Assembly (NCBI GenBank): GCA_963710605.1
Contig: CAVQBA010000006.1
Coordinates: 320,001 to 384,000, forward strand
DNA length: 64,000 nt
Reading direction: 5' to 3'
DNA from: an uncultured cyanobacterium
GTDB taxonomy: Bacteria; Cyanobacteriota; Cyanobacteriia; Cyanobacteriales; Cyanobacteriaceae
Shown here piece after piece: positions 50,703 through 60,359 of this stretch; positions within the stretch are counted from its first letter, which is position 1, and every line of letters begins with the position of its first letter. A program made the translations under genes and the position numbers. The notes beneath the pieces were generated by a model. It did not search any database, was not told the origin of the DNA, and was given only the letters and a program-made list of their open reading frames with translations.

Positions 50703-51022
50703 TTAAATTATTTCTTTCGCTTTTTGAAGGTATCCAAAAGTTTGGGTTTTCCTGATGAAGTTTTTCTCCAGATTTTAATTGCCAGAATACTTCGTCGAAT
50801 GTTGCTAATTTCATATTTTATCGGTTTAAAAGTGTCGATTGAGTTCAATTCATTGAACGTCGTTTGATTAGCCTTGTAATTTATTGCAAGGTTTAGGTTT
50901 AAAGTTAATTGTGTCAGTTTCTTAATTTTAAATGATTCCTCATCTTTGATACGACAAAACATAAGTCAAATCAGTTATCATGACAAAAAAGAAGAGATGT
51001 TTAATTAAGACACATAATCCGC

Positions 51023-51595
51023 ATGAAGCGAAGACCAAAACCTCCCTATTCTCGACCACCACGCTACCCTGATGTACCGCCGCCTAATCGTTCAGGTGGT
51101 AATAAAAAGCCGTCTTTTTTTGATAACCTCAACTATACATTAGCCGCTATTTGTGCCGGTATTTTTATCTTGGGTATTGGTGTGGGTATTGCTTTGGGTT
51201 CTGGAGAAACGGTAAATAGCCCTAATATAGCCTCAAGAGAAGTGATAGATAGGAGTGCTCCTAATGCCGAAATATGCGTACAATACGGAGCAAGTGCGAT
51301 CGTTTCTGACATGAGAATATTTCTCAGCCTCAATCCTTTTAGCGTATATGTCACTCAACCGACTATGCGCCCTGGATGTATCTTAAGAAAAAATAATTGG
51401 TCAATTCTAGAACAACGACGATTGATTAGTAACGAGCAAGTAAGAGAATGTAAAAATCGGATGAATACTTTTGGTTTTACAGGTAACTTAGATAGCTCAC
51501 CTGAAATTAGTTGCGTCTATCAAAACGATTCGGCAGGAAATATATTTTTAAATCCTGAAGGTGCAGTTAATCCTAGAGAAACAGAAAAGTTTTAA
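51023..51595 (+). CDS. DUF3172-like conserved cyanobacterial protein
   Basis: One TM; CVQYGASA, LNPF.VYVTQP.M.PGC and CK.RMNTFGFTG motifs. Confidence 0.8.
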   Translation: MKRRPKPPYSRPPRYPDVPPPNRSGGNKKPSFFDNLNYTLAAICAGIFILGIGVGIALGSGETVNSPNIASREVIDRSAPNAEICVQYGASAIVSDMRIFLSLNPFSVYVTQPTMRPGCILRKNNWSILEQRRLISNEQVRECKNRMNTFGFTGNLDSSPEISCVYQNDSAGNIFLNPEGAVNPRETEKF

Positions 51596-51882
51596 TTAAA
51601 GCATTAAAAAGACAATCTTCTCTCCTCTAAAAATTGAAAAGCAAAAAACAATTGTTAATTTATATTGCGTTTCGATTAATTTGAGCATAAAGATTTGAGC
51701 ATCTTTAAACAATCAATTATTAAGCGTTTTTTACTACTTACTACACACTCATTGTTAAGGTAATTCTCAATTCTTAATTCTCAATTCCCTATTATTGGGG
51801 TCTATCTTGTGGCAAAATCTTAAAGTGACCGTCGAAAAGAAAATCATATTATATTTCGCAAAGCAAATAATTATCGATCGAT

Positions 51883-54800
51883 ATGAGTAAACCTGAACCA
51901 ATTTTACCTCCTCAGTACGAACCTCAAGCTACAGAAGCAAAGTGGCAAGAATTTTGGCGAGAAAATGAAACTTTCAAAGCCAATTCTAACAAAGAAGCCG
52001 AACCTTATACGATCGTTATTCCGCCACCGAATGTAACAGGCTCGTTACATATGGGTCATGCTTTTGAACAGGCATTAATTGATACTTTGACTCGTTACCA
52101 TCGGATGAAAGGTAAAAATACTTTGTGTTTGCCCGGAACAGATCATGCTAGTATTGCGGTTCAAACGATCGTCGAAAAACAACTTAAAGAAGAAGGATTA
52201 ACTCGTGACGATTTAGGTAGAGAAAAGTTTTTAGAAAGGGCGTGGCAATGGCGTGAGGAATCGGGTGGTAAAATTGTTAACCAATTAAAAAGACTCGGTT
52301 TATCTGCTGATTGGAGTCGTGAAAGATTTACTCTAGATGAAAAATTATCCGTAGCCGTTAAAACTGCTTTTATTAAATTATATGAAGAAGGCTTGATTTA
52401 TCGTGGTAATTACATGGTGAATTGGTGTCCTGCTTCTCAATCAGCGGTATCGGATTTAGAAGTAGAAAAAAAAGAAGTAGAAGGTAAATTGTGGCATTTA
52501 CGTTACCTAATTAGTGGTGATATAGGTTATGTAGAAGTTGCCACTACTCGCCCTGAAACAATGTTAGGAGATACCGCAGTTGCTGTTAATCCTAATGATG
52601 AGCGTTATCAACATTTGATTGGTAAAAAAGCTATTTTACCGATCGCTTTAAGAGAAATTCCGATTATCGCCGATGAATTTGTTGATCCAAGTTTTGGGAC
52701 AGGATGTGTTAAAGTAACCCCAGCACACGATCCCAATGATTTTGCCATGGGTAAACGTCACAATTTACCGATGATCAATATTTTAAATAAAGATGGTTCG
52801 TTAAATGAAAATGGGGCGAGATTTGCCGGGCAAGATAGATTTGTTGCTCGTGAAAGTGTGATTGCCGCCTTGACTGAAGAAGGTTTACTTGGAGAAACCG
52901 AAAACTATACTCATACTGTACCTTATAGCGATCGAGGTAAAGTACCAGTCGAGCCATTATTATCAACTCAATGGTTTGTCAAGATTAAACCACTATCTGA
53001 AGACGCTTTGACTGAATTAGATGAGCATAATTCTCCTGAATATATTCCCGAAAAATGGCGTAAAGTTTATCGTGATTGGTTAGTAAAATTAGATGACTGG
53101 TGTATTTCTCGTCAATTATGGTGGGGGCATCAAATTCCAGCATGGTATGTTGTTAGTCGTACTGATGGTGAAATAAAAGATGATACACCTTTTGTGGTTG
53201 CTTTTGATGAAGCACAAGCAATAGCCAAAGCGAAGGAAGAATACGGCGAAGAAAGCGAAATAGTTCAAGATGGCGATGTTTTAGATACTTGGTTTTCTTC
53301 TGGTTTGTGGCCGTTTTCGACGATGGGATGGCCAGAATCTACTGCTGATTTAGCTACTTATTACCCTAACAGTACGATGGTAACTGGGTTTGATATTATT
53401 TTCTTTTGGGTTGCCCGTATGACGATGATGTCGAAACACTTTACAGGGCAAATGCCTTTTAAGGATGTTTATATCCATGGGTTAGTTAGAGACGAAAACG
53501 GCAAGAAAATGTCAAAGTCTGCTGGTAACGGGATCGATCCTTTATTATTATGTGATAAATACGGTACTGATGCTCTGCGATATACTTTGATACGGGAAGT
53601 TGCAGGGGCAGGACAAGATATTAGTTTACAATACGATCGTGAAACTGATGAATCTGAATCGGTTCAAGCTTCTCGTAATTTTGCGAATAAGTTATGGAAT
53701 GCGGCTCGTTTTGTTTTAATGAATTTGGATGGTAAAACACCCGCACAGTTAGGTTATCCTAATTTACAAGAATTAGAATTAAGCGATCGTTGGATTTTAT
53801 CCCGATTTTATCAGATAGTTACCGACACAGATAATTATTTAGCTAACTACAGTTTAGGAGAAGCGGCTAAAGCTATTTATGAATTTATTTGGGGTGATTT
53901 TTGTGATTGGTATATTGAGTTAGTTAAAACTCGTTTACGCCAAGACTCTTCTTCACCTTCACGTTTAATTGCTCAACAAATTCTTGGTTATGTTTTAGAA
54001 GGTATCCTCAAATTATTACATCCTTTTATGCCTCATATTACCGAGGAGATTTGGCATACTTTAACTCAAAATACTGATGATAGTTTAGCTTTACAAAAGT
54101 TTCCTGAAGTTGATGAGTTATTAGATTTGACTCCACGACAAACAGTGGTTGTCACCGACAATCAACCTCAATTAGTTAAAACTATACCAAGTAATGCAGG
54201 TACGATCGTTAAATTAGGTTATCAAGTTGATAATTTAGTTGAAGAGTTACCCGATGTTGCTCGTAATTGGGTGAAAAAATATCAACAACCCCTAACTCTG
54301 CTTGGTATTACTTTCCTTGGTTTGTTTGTTTTACAAATAGTTAGCTCTCTATTTAGTGCAGTTTACGAGTTTCCTTTACTTGCACCTACATTAAGATTCA
54401 TCGGATTTGTTTATCTGTTGTGGTATGGCTACCAAAATATTGTTTTCGCCGAAACCAGAAAGGATACATGGAATCGAGTTAACAAAATTAAAGAGAATTT
54501 ATTCGCTAAACCAAAACCTGATATTGATACTGTTTCTCAGGTTGAATATTCTTCTTCTTCACCTACTACTACTATCACCGTGACACCTGTTATGACTTTG
54601 GTTGATGATAGTTTAGAAGATAGTTTTAATTTGTTATTTGAGACAATTCGAGCTATTCGTAATTTACGGGCTGAAGCTGAAATTAAACCCGGTGTTACTG
54701 TAAATGTAATTTTACAATCAGAAAATCAGGAGCAAAGAGCTATTATGGAAAAAACTAAACTTTATATTCAAGAATTAGCAAAAGTGCAAAACTTAACTGT

Positions 54801-55089
54801 TCTTGATAATATCAAAGAAGATGTGCCTAGTGCGATCGCTTCTGTGGTTAGTACGATTCAAATTTTGATTCCTTTAAGTGGTGTTATCGAAGTTGAACAA
54901 TTACAAGCTAAATTAACCAAAAAACTAACTAAAATAGAAACAGAAATAAAATCATTAGAAACACGTTTAGATAATCCTAATTTTGTTAACAAAGCACCTG
55001 CTGAAATAATTGAAAATACTCGCAGTGCCTTGACAGAAAGCAAAACTCAAGCAGAAATATTACAAGAGCGTCTTCAATTATTAAATTAA
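51883..55089 (+). CDS. valS: Valine--tRNA ligase with inserted CAAD membrane domain
   Basis: [29 protein letters not shown] and C-terminal coiled coil; two-TM insertion near 54241-54510. Confidence 0.97.
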   Translation: MSKPEPILPPQYEPQATEAKWQEFWRENETFKANSNKEAEPYTIVIPPPNVTGSLHMGHAFEQALIDTLTRYHRMKGKNTLCLPGTDHASIAVQTIVEKQLKEEGLTRDDLGREKFLERAWQWREESGGKIVNQLKRLGLSADWSRERFTLDEKLSVAVKTAFIKLYEEGLIYRGNYMVNWCPASQSAVSDLEVEKKEVEGKLWHLRYLISGDIGYVEVATTRPETMLGDTAVAVNPNDERYQHLIGKKAILPIALREIPIIADEFVDPSFGTGCVKVTPAHDPNDFAMGKRHNLPMINILNKDGSLNENGARFAGQDRFVARESVIAALTEEGLLGETENYTHTVPYSDRGKVPVEPLLSTQWFVKIKPLSEDALTELDEHNSPEYIPEKWRKVYRDWLVKLDDWCISRQLWWGHQIPAWYVVSRTDGEIKDDTPFVVAFDEAQAIAKAKEEYGEESEIVQDGDVLDTWFSSGLWPFSTMGWPESTADLATYYPNSTMVTGFDIIFFWVARMTMMSKHFTGQMPFKDVYIHGLVRDENGKKMSKSAGNGIDPLLLCDKYGTDALRYTLIREVAGAGQDISLQYDRETDESESVQASRNFANKLWNAARFVLMNLDGKTPAQLGYPNLQELELSDRWILSRFYQIVTDTDNYLANYSLGEAAKAIYEFIWGDFCDWYIELVKTRLRQDSSSPSRLIAQQILGYVLEGILKLLHPFMPHITEEIWHTLTQNTDDSLALQKFPEVDELLDLTPRQTVVVTDNQPQLVKTIPSNAGTIVKLGYQVDNLVEELPDVARNWVKKYQQPLTLLGITFLGLFVLQIVSSLFSAVYEFPLLAPTLRFIGFVYLLWYGYQNIVFAETRKDTWNRVNKIKENLFAKPKPDIDTVSQVEYSSSSPTTTITVTPVMTLVDDSLEDSFNLLFETIRAIRNLRAEAEIKPGVTVNVILQSENQEQRAIMEKTKLYIQELAKVQNLTVLDNIKEDVPSAIASVVSTIQILIPLSGVIEVEQLQAKLTKKLTKIETEIKSLETRLDNPNFVNKAPAEIIENTRSALTESKTQAEILQERLQLLN

Positions 55090-55269
55090 AATTATTAATG
55101 TGATCAATAATTAGCAATTATTCACCTAAAAAAGTCTCAAAGATAAAATGATTAACGTTTAGACATATACTTGCTACTTCGTAATCAATAATTTATTAGA
55201 CAAAACAAATGATTAATTGTTAATTGTTCACTTTCTGTTATTTTTTTCATCGCTGTTTATATAATCAAA

Positions 55270-55713
55270 ATGTTGCATTTAGCTCAAGTTGTTAAAAATT
55301 CTACCTCAGGTAAACTACAGTTACATCTTTTAGCTGTGGAAGAATCTAAATTGCAATGGACTTTTTGTTACGAAAGATATATATCAATTATGGAAGAAAA
55401 CAATTTTAGTGAAGATATTTTTGTTTTAGTAGATTTAGATGAAGATAACCAAATAATCCAATTTAAACCAGCTAAAGAATGGATTTTAAATTTAATTAAA
55501 GAATATTTAGTTAAAGGAGAAGTGAATAAACATATCGCCATTAACATTCCTGATGAACAAGTTCGTTTAGAAAAATGGCGACAAGAATTAACAGCTCAAA
55601 GTCAAGATTTAACCCGTATCCGTCTAGAAGTTGAAACCCGTAGAGAAGAGCTACAACAGCTAGAGCAAAATTTGTCTTTAGAAAGAGAAAAACTAAAATC
55701 AACGAATAATTAA
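55270..55713 (+). CDS. Cyanobacterial coiled-coil hypothetical protein (resembles HmpF N-terminus)
   Basis: MLHLAQV...L.LLA and WRQELT.QSQDL.R..LE.E.R motifs. Confidence 0.6.
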   Translation: MLHLAQVVKNSTSGKLQLHLLAVEESKLQWTFCYERYISIMEENNFSEDIFVLVDLDEDNQIIQFKPAKEWILNLIKEYLVKGEVNKHIAINIPDEQVRLEKWRQELTAQSQDLTRIRLEVETRREELQQLEQNLSLEREKLKSTNN

Positions 55714-55817
55714 AAGAAGGATGAGAGATGAAAGCAAAAGGGAAGGAGCAATAAGTCAGGTTTTAGGTTTTAGGTTTCAGGTGTAAAAAGTAAAAGTAAA
55801 TTATTTTTCATCACTCT

Positions 55818-55852
55818 CAACTCTTAACTTTTAACTCTTAACTCTTAACTCT
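55818..55852. repeat. Heptamer tandem repeat (TTAACTC), STRR-type
   Basis: Same unit as 63-96, directly after the rpaA stop. Confidence 0.85.
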
Positions 55853-56571
55853 CAAGAAACTGCTTTATTTTCAATATTTAATTCTAAACAATAACCAGCA
55901 CCATAAATAGTTTTAATAAAACGAGGACGACGAGGGTCAGGTTCTAACTTGGTTCTCAAATGACGAATATGTACTCTAATAGTTTCTATATCATCATTAG
56001 GATCATAACCCCAAACTTCCTTAAGAATATCGCTTGGAGGAACAGTTTGTCCATGACGTTGCAATAAACAATGTAATAGCTCAAACTCCAGATGAGTTAG
56101 TTTTATTGTTTTGTCAAACCAAATAGCTTCAAATCTTTCTGGTACTAAAGTTAAAGGGCCAAAATTAAGAATTTCTGTGTGCTTGGCTGTACTCGAACCT
56201 CTTTGGCTTCTTCGTAGTAAAGCTTTGACTCTAGCTAACATTTCTTCAACTTCAAAAGGTTTAGTTAGATAGTCGTCTGCACCAGCATTAAAGCCATCAA
56301 CTTTATCTTTAGTTTGCCCTAAAGCAGTTAACATCAATACAGGTATATTCAAAGTTCGATCGTCTCGTCTTAATCTTTGGCAAACAGTTAAACCATCAAC
56401 TTTAGGTAACATCAAATCTAACATGATTAGATTAGGTTGCATTTGTAAAGCTAAAGCTTGCCCTTTAATGCCATCTTCTGCTTGCACAGTGTCATAACCT
56501 GCCATTTCTAAGTTAATTGACACTAATTCTGTAATTGCTTGATTGTCGTCAATGACTAGTATTCGAGACAT
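55852..56571 (-). CDS. rpaA: OmpR-family circadian output response regulator RpaA
   Basis: [30 protein letters not shown] and [22 protein letters not shown] motifs. Confidence 0.92.
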   Translation of the reverse strand: MSRILVIDDNQAITELVSINLEMAGYDTVQAEDGIKGQALALQMQPNLIMLDLMLPKVDGLTVCQRLRRDDRTLNIPVLMLTALGQTKDKVDGFNAGADDYLTKPFEVEEMLARVKALLRRSQRGSSTAKHTEILNFGPLTLVPERFEAIWFDKTIKLTHLEFELLHCLLQRHGQTVPPSDILKEVWGYDPNDDIETIRVHIRHLRTKLEPDPRRPRFIKTIYGAGYCLELNIENKAVS

Positions 56572-56966
56572 TATTATAGAGATTATTTGAGTAGTTTAAT
56601 AATTTAATTTGATTGAAGCAGTATTTAATTAGCTATTAGATATAAGTATTTATACTCGACTTAGCCTTTTTAGCTTATTTTGAAGACAATTTCATTAAAC
56701 TAAAGTAAGGTTTTGTCTAAATCATTAACTTATTATAAGTTATATATCGACTTTATAATAAGTAATAATATTTGAATAATTAACTTCTATATATTGATGT
56801 TCTATATACGTCTATCCTATCTAAGTAGGTTTATAGCGTTTTTTACCATTAATAATTAGTAATTATTAAACTTGTGTGCCAAAAATAAGCATACATTGAG
56901 ATAATAGTCTTTTAAATTTTGTAATTGTGTTTGAGATTATTTCACTAATTAAAATTAATATTTTTT

Positions 56967-57788
56967 TCAACCAATTAATGATTCAAACTTTGCGATGTTA
57001 TCAACTTTTGTACCGCTGTTGATTTTGACTCCTTTTAAGTTAGCACCTTTAAAATTAGCACCTTTAAGATTACAATCTCTGAAATTAGCATCTTCTAAAT
57101 TAGCTTTCCCTAAATCAGCATTCCGTAAATCAGCACTACGTAAATCAGCACAGCTTAAATTAGCATTTTTTAGATTAGCTTTAATTAATTTAGCACTAAC
57201 TAAAGAAGCATCATTCAAATAAGCGTTACTTAAATCTGCATCACTCAAAGATGCCCCATTCAATTTAGCTTGAATTAAATAAGCACCACTCAAATTACTA
57301 TTATTTAAAGAAGCACCACTTAAATTACCATGAATAAAAGAGATACCACTAAAATCAGCATCATTTAAGTTAGCACCTGTCAAGTTACCATTTGTTTTAA
57401 TCCATTCATTCCATGATGAATTATGGTGTTTAATAATTGTTGCTAAAATTTCTGTTTCTGGATAATTATTTAAAGCAAATGAAATGAATTTTTCTGGGAC
57501 TTGAGATAGTTTGAGAATATTAATTATAGTTTTTTTAGGTATTTTTAATAAAAAATTATCATCACTTAATAAGTGCGAATTAAAAAAAGGATTTTCTAGT
57601 AAGGAAGTAGAAAAATGTTCACTTAGTGAAATTAATACGTCTAGAGGTGTATTGGGGTTACTAGCTAATGCTCTTTTAATTTTTTTAGGTTGATTGTTTT
57701 GATATATTTCTTCTAAACGTTGTGGAGGTGTATTTCGATCGTTTGCTTCTGTCAGAATATTATTTGATTTTTGATTAGCTTGATTCAC
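56967..57788 (-). CDS. Pentapeptide-repeat protein with N-terminal LRV-like repeat
   Basis: ALASNPNTP..L motif; C-terminal A(N/D)L.. pentapeptide array. Confidence 0.85.
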   Translation of the reverse strand: MNQANQKSNNILTEANDRNTPPQRLEEIYQNNQPKKIKRALASNPNTPLDVLISLSEHFSTSLLENPFFNSHLLSDDNFLLKIPKKTIINILKLSQVPEKFISFALNNYPETEILATIIKHHNSSWNEWIKTNGNLTGANLNDADFSGISFIHGNLSGASLNNSNLSGAYLIQAKLNGASLSDADLSNAYLNDASLVSAKLIKANLKNANLSCADLRSADLRNADLGKANLEDANFRDCNLKGANFKGANLKGVKINSGTKVDNIAKFESLIG

Positions 57789-58074
57789 GAATGTTTATCT
57801 CAGTATAATTATTGGTATTTTTATTATAATTTTAAGAATTTGATTTATCTACTAAAAATTACTTTTATACATAAAAAAAATATTACAGGACTTAGATAAA
57901 TATTAATTTGGGTTTATACAAGTAGAATCAGTTTAATTAGTAATTTAGAAAAGAATTTATTGCTGTTTACAGATATCTAAACTAGAGTTAAATAAGAAAT
58001 TGGGTAAAAGTTAATTCAGTTGAAATACAAACGCATCAATTAAAAGAACATCGATTAAATAACCAATGAATCAA

Positions 58075-58147
58075 GGGTGCAAACCGTCTTGGTGGACGTT
58101 CCCTTGCGTCTTACGCCGACGCGGGCTTCCACCGCTTACACCCCTAC
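58075..58147 (-). repeat. GTAG-REP with nested hairpin modules
   Basis: Reverse complement: GTAGGGGTGTAAG CGGTGGAAG CCCGCGTCGGCGTAAGACGCAAGGGAAC GTCCACCAAGACG GTTTGCACCC. Confidence 0.85.
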
Positions 58148-58395
58148 AATCTAAATAAAAAAAAGTTTGTAGTTACCCCTAATGGTGTCTAAAAAGCTAT
58201 TAAGATAAGGGCTTAAGCCCATACTACGAACTTAATCTTTCTGACGTTTAATTAATTGGGGCTACTTACTAGATATCACGATCGCACATAAAAGTACCTA
58301 TTATGATCATCATAGATAAAGTGAGATTGTTTACCCGATACGTTATTCGATACAATATGAAAATTATTAAGTTGATAAATTAATTAAAAAAAGTT

Positions 58396-58566
58396 ATGAC
58401 AACACATTTTATTAGTGCGGAAATAGATTTACAAGCTAACCCAGTCAAACTAAAACAAGAAATCGAGCAAAAGTTAGAAATTGAAGGAAAACCTTTACGA
58501 TGGGCAGTCACTAAAGTTGATCAAAAAACAAATAAAGTAGAAGTAGAAGCGATCGTTACCAAGTAA
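58396..58566 (+). CDS. Small hypothetical protein (56 aa)
   Basis: MTTHFISAEIDLQ...GKPLRWAVTKVD...VEAIVTK*; ends 12 nt before the next gene; absent from the ORF track. Confidence 0.75.
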   Translation: MTTHFISAEIDLQANPVKLKQEIEQKLEIEGKPLRWAVTKVDQKTNKVEVEAIVTK

Positions 58567-58578
58567 AAAAAATCAATT

Positions 58579-59625
58579 GTGCAAAATAAATCTTATTGTG
58601 GGGTATTAATTATACCCACAGGTATCGGTGCGAGTATCGGTGGTTATGCAGGGGATGGGCTACCTGTGGCTAGAGCAATGGCACAAATATGCGATCGTCT
58701 TATCACTCATCCAAATGTCATGAATGGAGCAAGTTTATATTGGTCTAGTCCTAATATAGACTATGTTGAAGGTTATGCTTTAGATCAATTTGCCGGTGGT
58801 GAATGGGGTTTAAAATCAGTCGTGCAAAACAAAATTGGGCTTATTTTAGACAAAGGTATTGAGGATGAATTACGTTACCGTCATCTTCAAGCAACTGATG
58901 CGGTTAGAGCAACTTTAGGCATTAATGTCCATGACTATATCATCACTGATGAGCCTTTAAATGTAGAATTAAGACTGGCACAGAGTGGTGCAAGTTGGGG
59001 TACTATTGGTAATCCTGATAGTCTTTTAAGAGCGGCAGACAAACTGATTAGAGAACAAAAAGTTAACGCTCTTGCGGTAGTAGCTAGATTTCCTGATGAT
59101 ACCGATAGTCAAGCTTTAGATGATTATCGTCATGGTAGTGGCGTAGATGGTTTGGCTGGGGCAGAAGCGGTTATTTCTCATCTTTTAGTCAGAGAATTTG
59201 CGATTCCTTGCGCTCACGCACCTGCTTTATCGCCGATTCCTTTAGATATTCATCTCTCACCTAAAGCGGCGGCTGAAGAATTAGGATATACTTTTCTCTC
59301 TTGTGTTTTAGTCGGTTTAAGTCGAGCACCTCAATATACCCTTAATAAAAATTATCACAGTTTGTGGGCGGAAGATATTGATACTTTAGTTATTCCTGAA
59401 GGTGCTTGTGGTGGTAGTGCTAGTCTGAGTTTTGCTGGTTTAGATACTCAAATTATTACCGTGGCTGAAAATCAAACTGTTTTAAATGTTGATTCACAAA
59501 TTTTAGGAATGAATGTCGTTAGAGTAAAATCATATCTAGAGGCATTAGGAACGATCGTTGCTCATCGTGCAGGAATTAGTCCAACTGCTTTGAAATCGAC
59601 TATTTCTTCAATTCTAACCCAATAA
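58579..59625 (+). CDS. DUF3326 domain protein
   Basis: IIPTGIGASIGGYAGD, THPNVMNGA, AGAEAVISH and AAAEELGYTFL motifs. Confidence 0.88.
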   Translation: MQNKSYCGVLIIPTGIGASIGGYAGDGLPVARAMAQICDRLITHPNVMNGASLYWSSPNIDYVEGYALDQFAGGEWGLKSVVQNKIGLILDKGIEDELRYRHLQATDAVRATLGINVHDYIITDEPLNVELRLAQSGASWGTIGNPDSLLRAADKLIREQKVNALAVVARFPDDTDSQALDDYRHGSGVDGLAGAEAVISHLLVREFAIPCAHAPALSPIPLDIHLSPKAAAEELGYTFLSCVLVGLSRAPQYTLNKNYHSLWAEDIDTLVIPEGACGGSASLSFAGLDTQIITVAENQTVLNVDSQILGMNVVRVKSYLEALGTIVAHRAGISPTALKSTISSILTQ

Positions 59626-59660
59626 TTAATCATAATAGTTATTTAGCACTACTGATACTT

Positions 59661-60254
59661 ATGACACAAGGAAATAAACCTGAGTTGGAAAAACTCTCTC
59701 GTACTCAAGTCTTAGTTTTTATGGGAATAACAGCTTTGATTTTGTTAGCTATTGCTCAGGTTTGGCAAAAAGTCGGTTTAATAAGTACCGTGCCTGTCAA
59801 GTTTAATTCCTTAGCGTTTTTAGAGGGTATTGGTTTGGCAATTTTGATAATTGTGGCTAGTGCTATCATGACAACTATTTGGCCAAAATATCGTCTCAGT
59901 GCCGAAAAGTATCTTGATTTTGTGATTACACCATTGGCAATACCTGATCTTATTTGGGTGGGTTTATTACCGGGTTTGAGCGAGGAGTTGTTGTTTCGAG
60001 GGGTAATGATTCCTGCTTTAGGTTATGATTGGTTCGCTTTGATAGCTTCTAGTTTGTTGTTTGGCGTATTACATTTTAACGATCGAGATAGTTGGCAATA
60101 CGTAATCTGGGCGATCGTGATTGGTTTGACTTTAGGTTATAGTGTTTATCTGACTAATAATTTATTAGTGCCGGTGATGGCTCATATGTTAGTTAATATC
60201 TGTTCTAGTTCTTTTTGGAAGTTTAAAAATCGAACAGTCTCAATTAATAATTAA
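59661..60254 (+). CDS. CPBP/CAAX-family intramembrane metalloprotease
   Basis: PGLSEELLFRG, FGVLH and AH..VN motifs. Confidence 0.9.
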   Translation: MTQGNKPELEKLSRTQVLVFMGITALILLAIAQVWQKVGLISTVPVKFNSLAFLEGIGLAILIIVASAIMTTIWPKYRLSAEKYLDFVITPLAIPDLIWVGLLPGLSEELLFRGVMIPALGYDWFALIASSLLFGVLHFNDRDSWQYVIWAIVIGLTLGYSVYLTNNLLVPVMAHMLVNICSSSFWKFKNRTVSINN

Positions 60255-60359
60255 AATAAACCAAGAAAAAAATCAAAAGACATTAAGTAATAACTAACAT
60301 CCTTTGACTACAGAAGATTGACTTAAATTTAAACAGATAATAACAATACAGATAGATAT

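Larger units (their letters stand above)
48903..50814 (-). pseudogene. 137-aa hypothetical gene interrupted by the tnpB element (5' part 50814-50703, 3' part 49204-48903)
   Basis: Joining the parts gives one uninterrupted frame MKLATFDEVFWQLKSGEKLHQENPNFWIPSKSERNNL-K-RGDGAKLIFEIEGEDE...ERMW...GILDNQP. Confidence 0.85.

Noticed and set aside
50589..50962. Track ORFs 50589-50867 (+) and 50708-50962 (-)
   Set aside because: The coding frame here is the 5' part of the IS-interrupted gene (ATG at 50814); these ORFs are shadow frames
3201..57693. Short antisense or alternate-frame ORFs in the track (e.g. 5135, 6832, 8155, 13336, 16308, 23785, 28240, 32862, 38614, 42786, 45766, 54858, 56995)
   Set aside because: They overlap well-supported genes on the opposite strand or another frame and show no recognisable motifs
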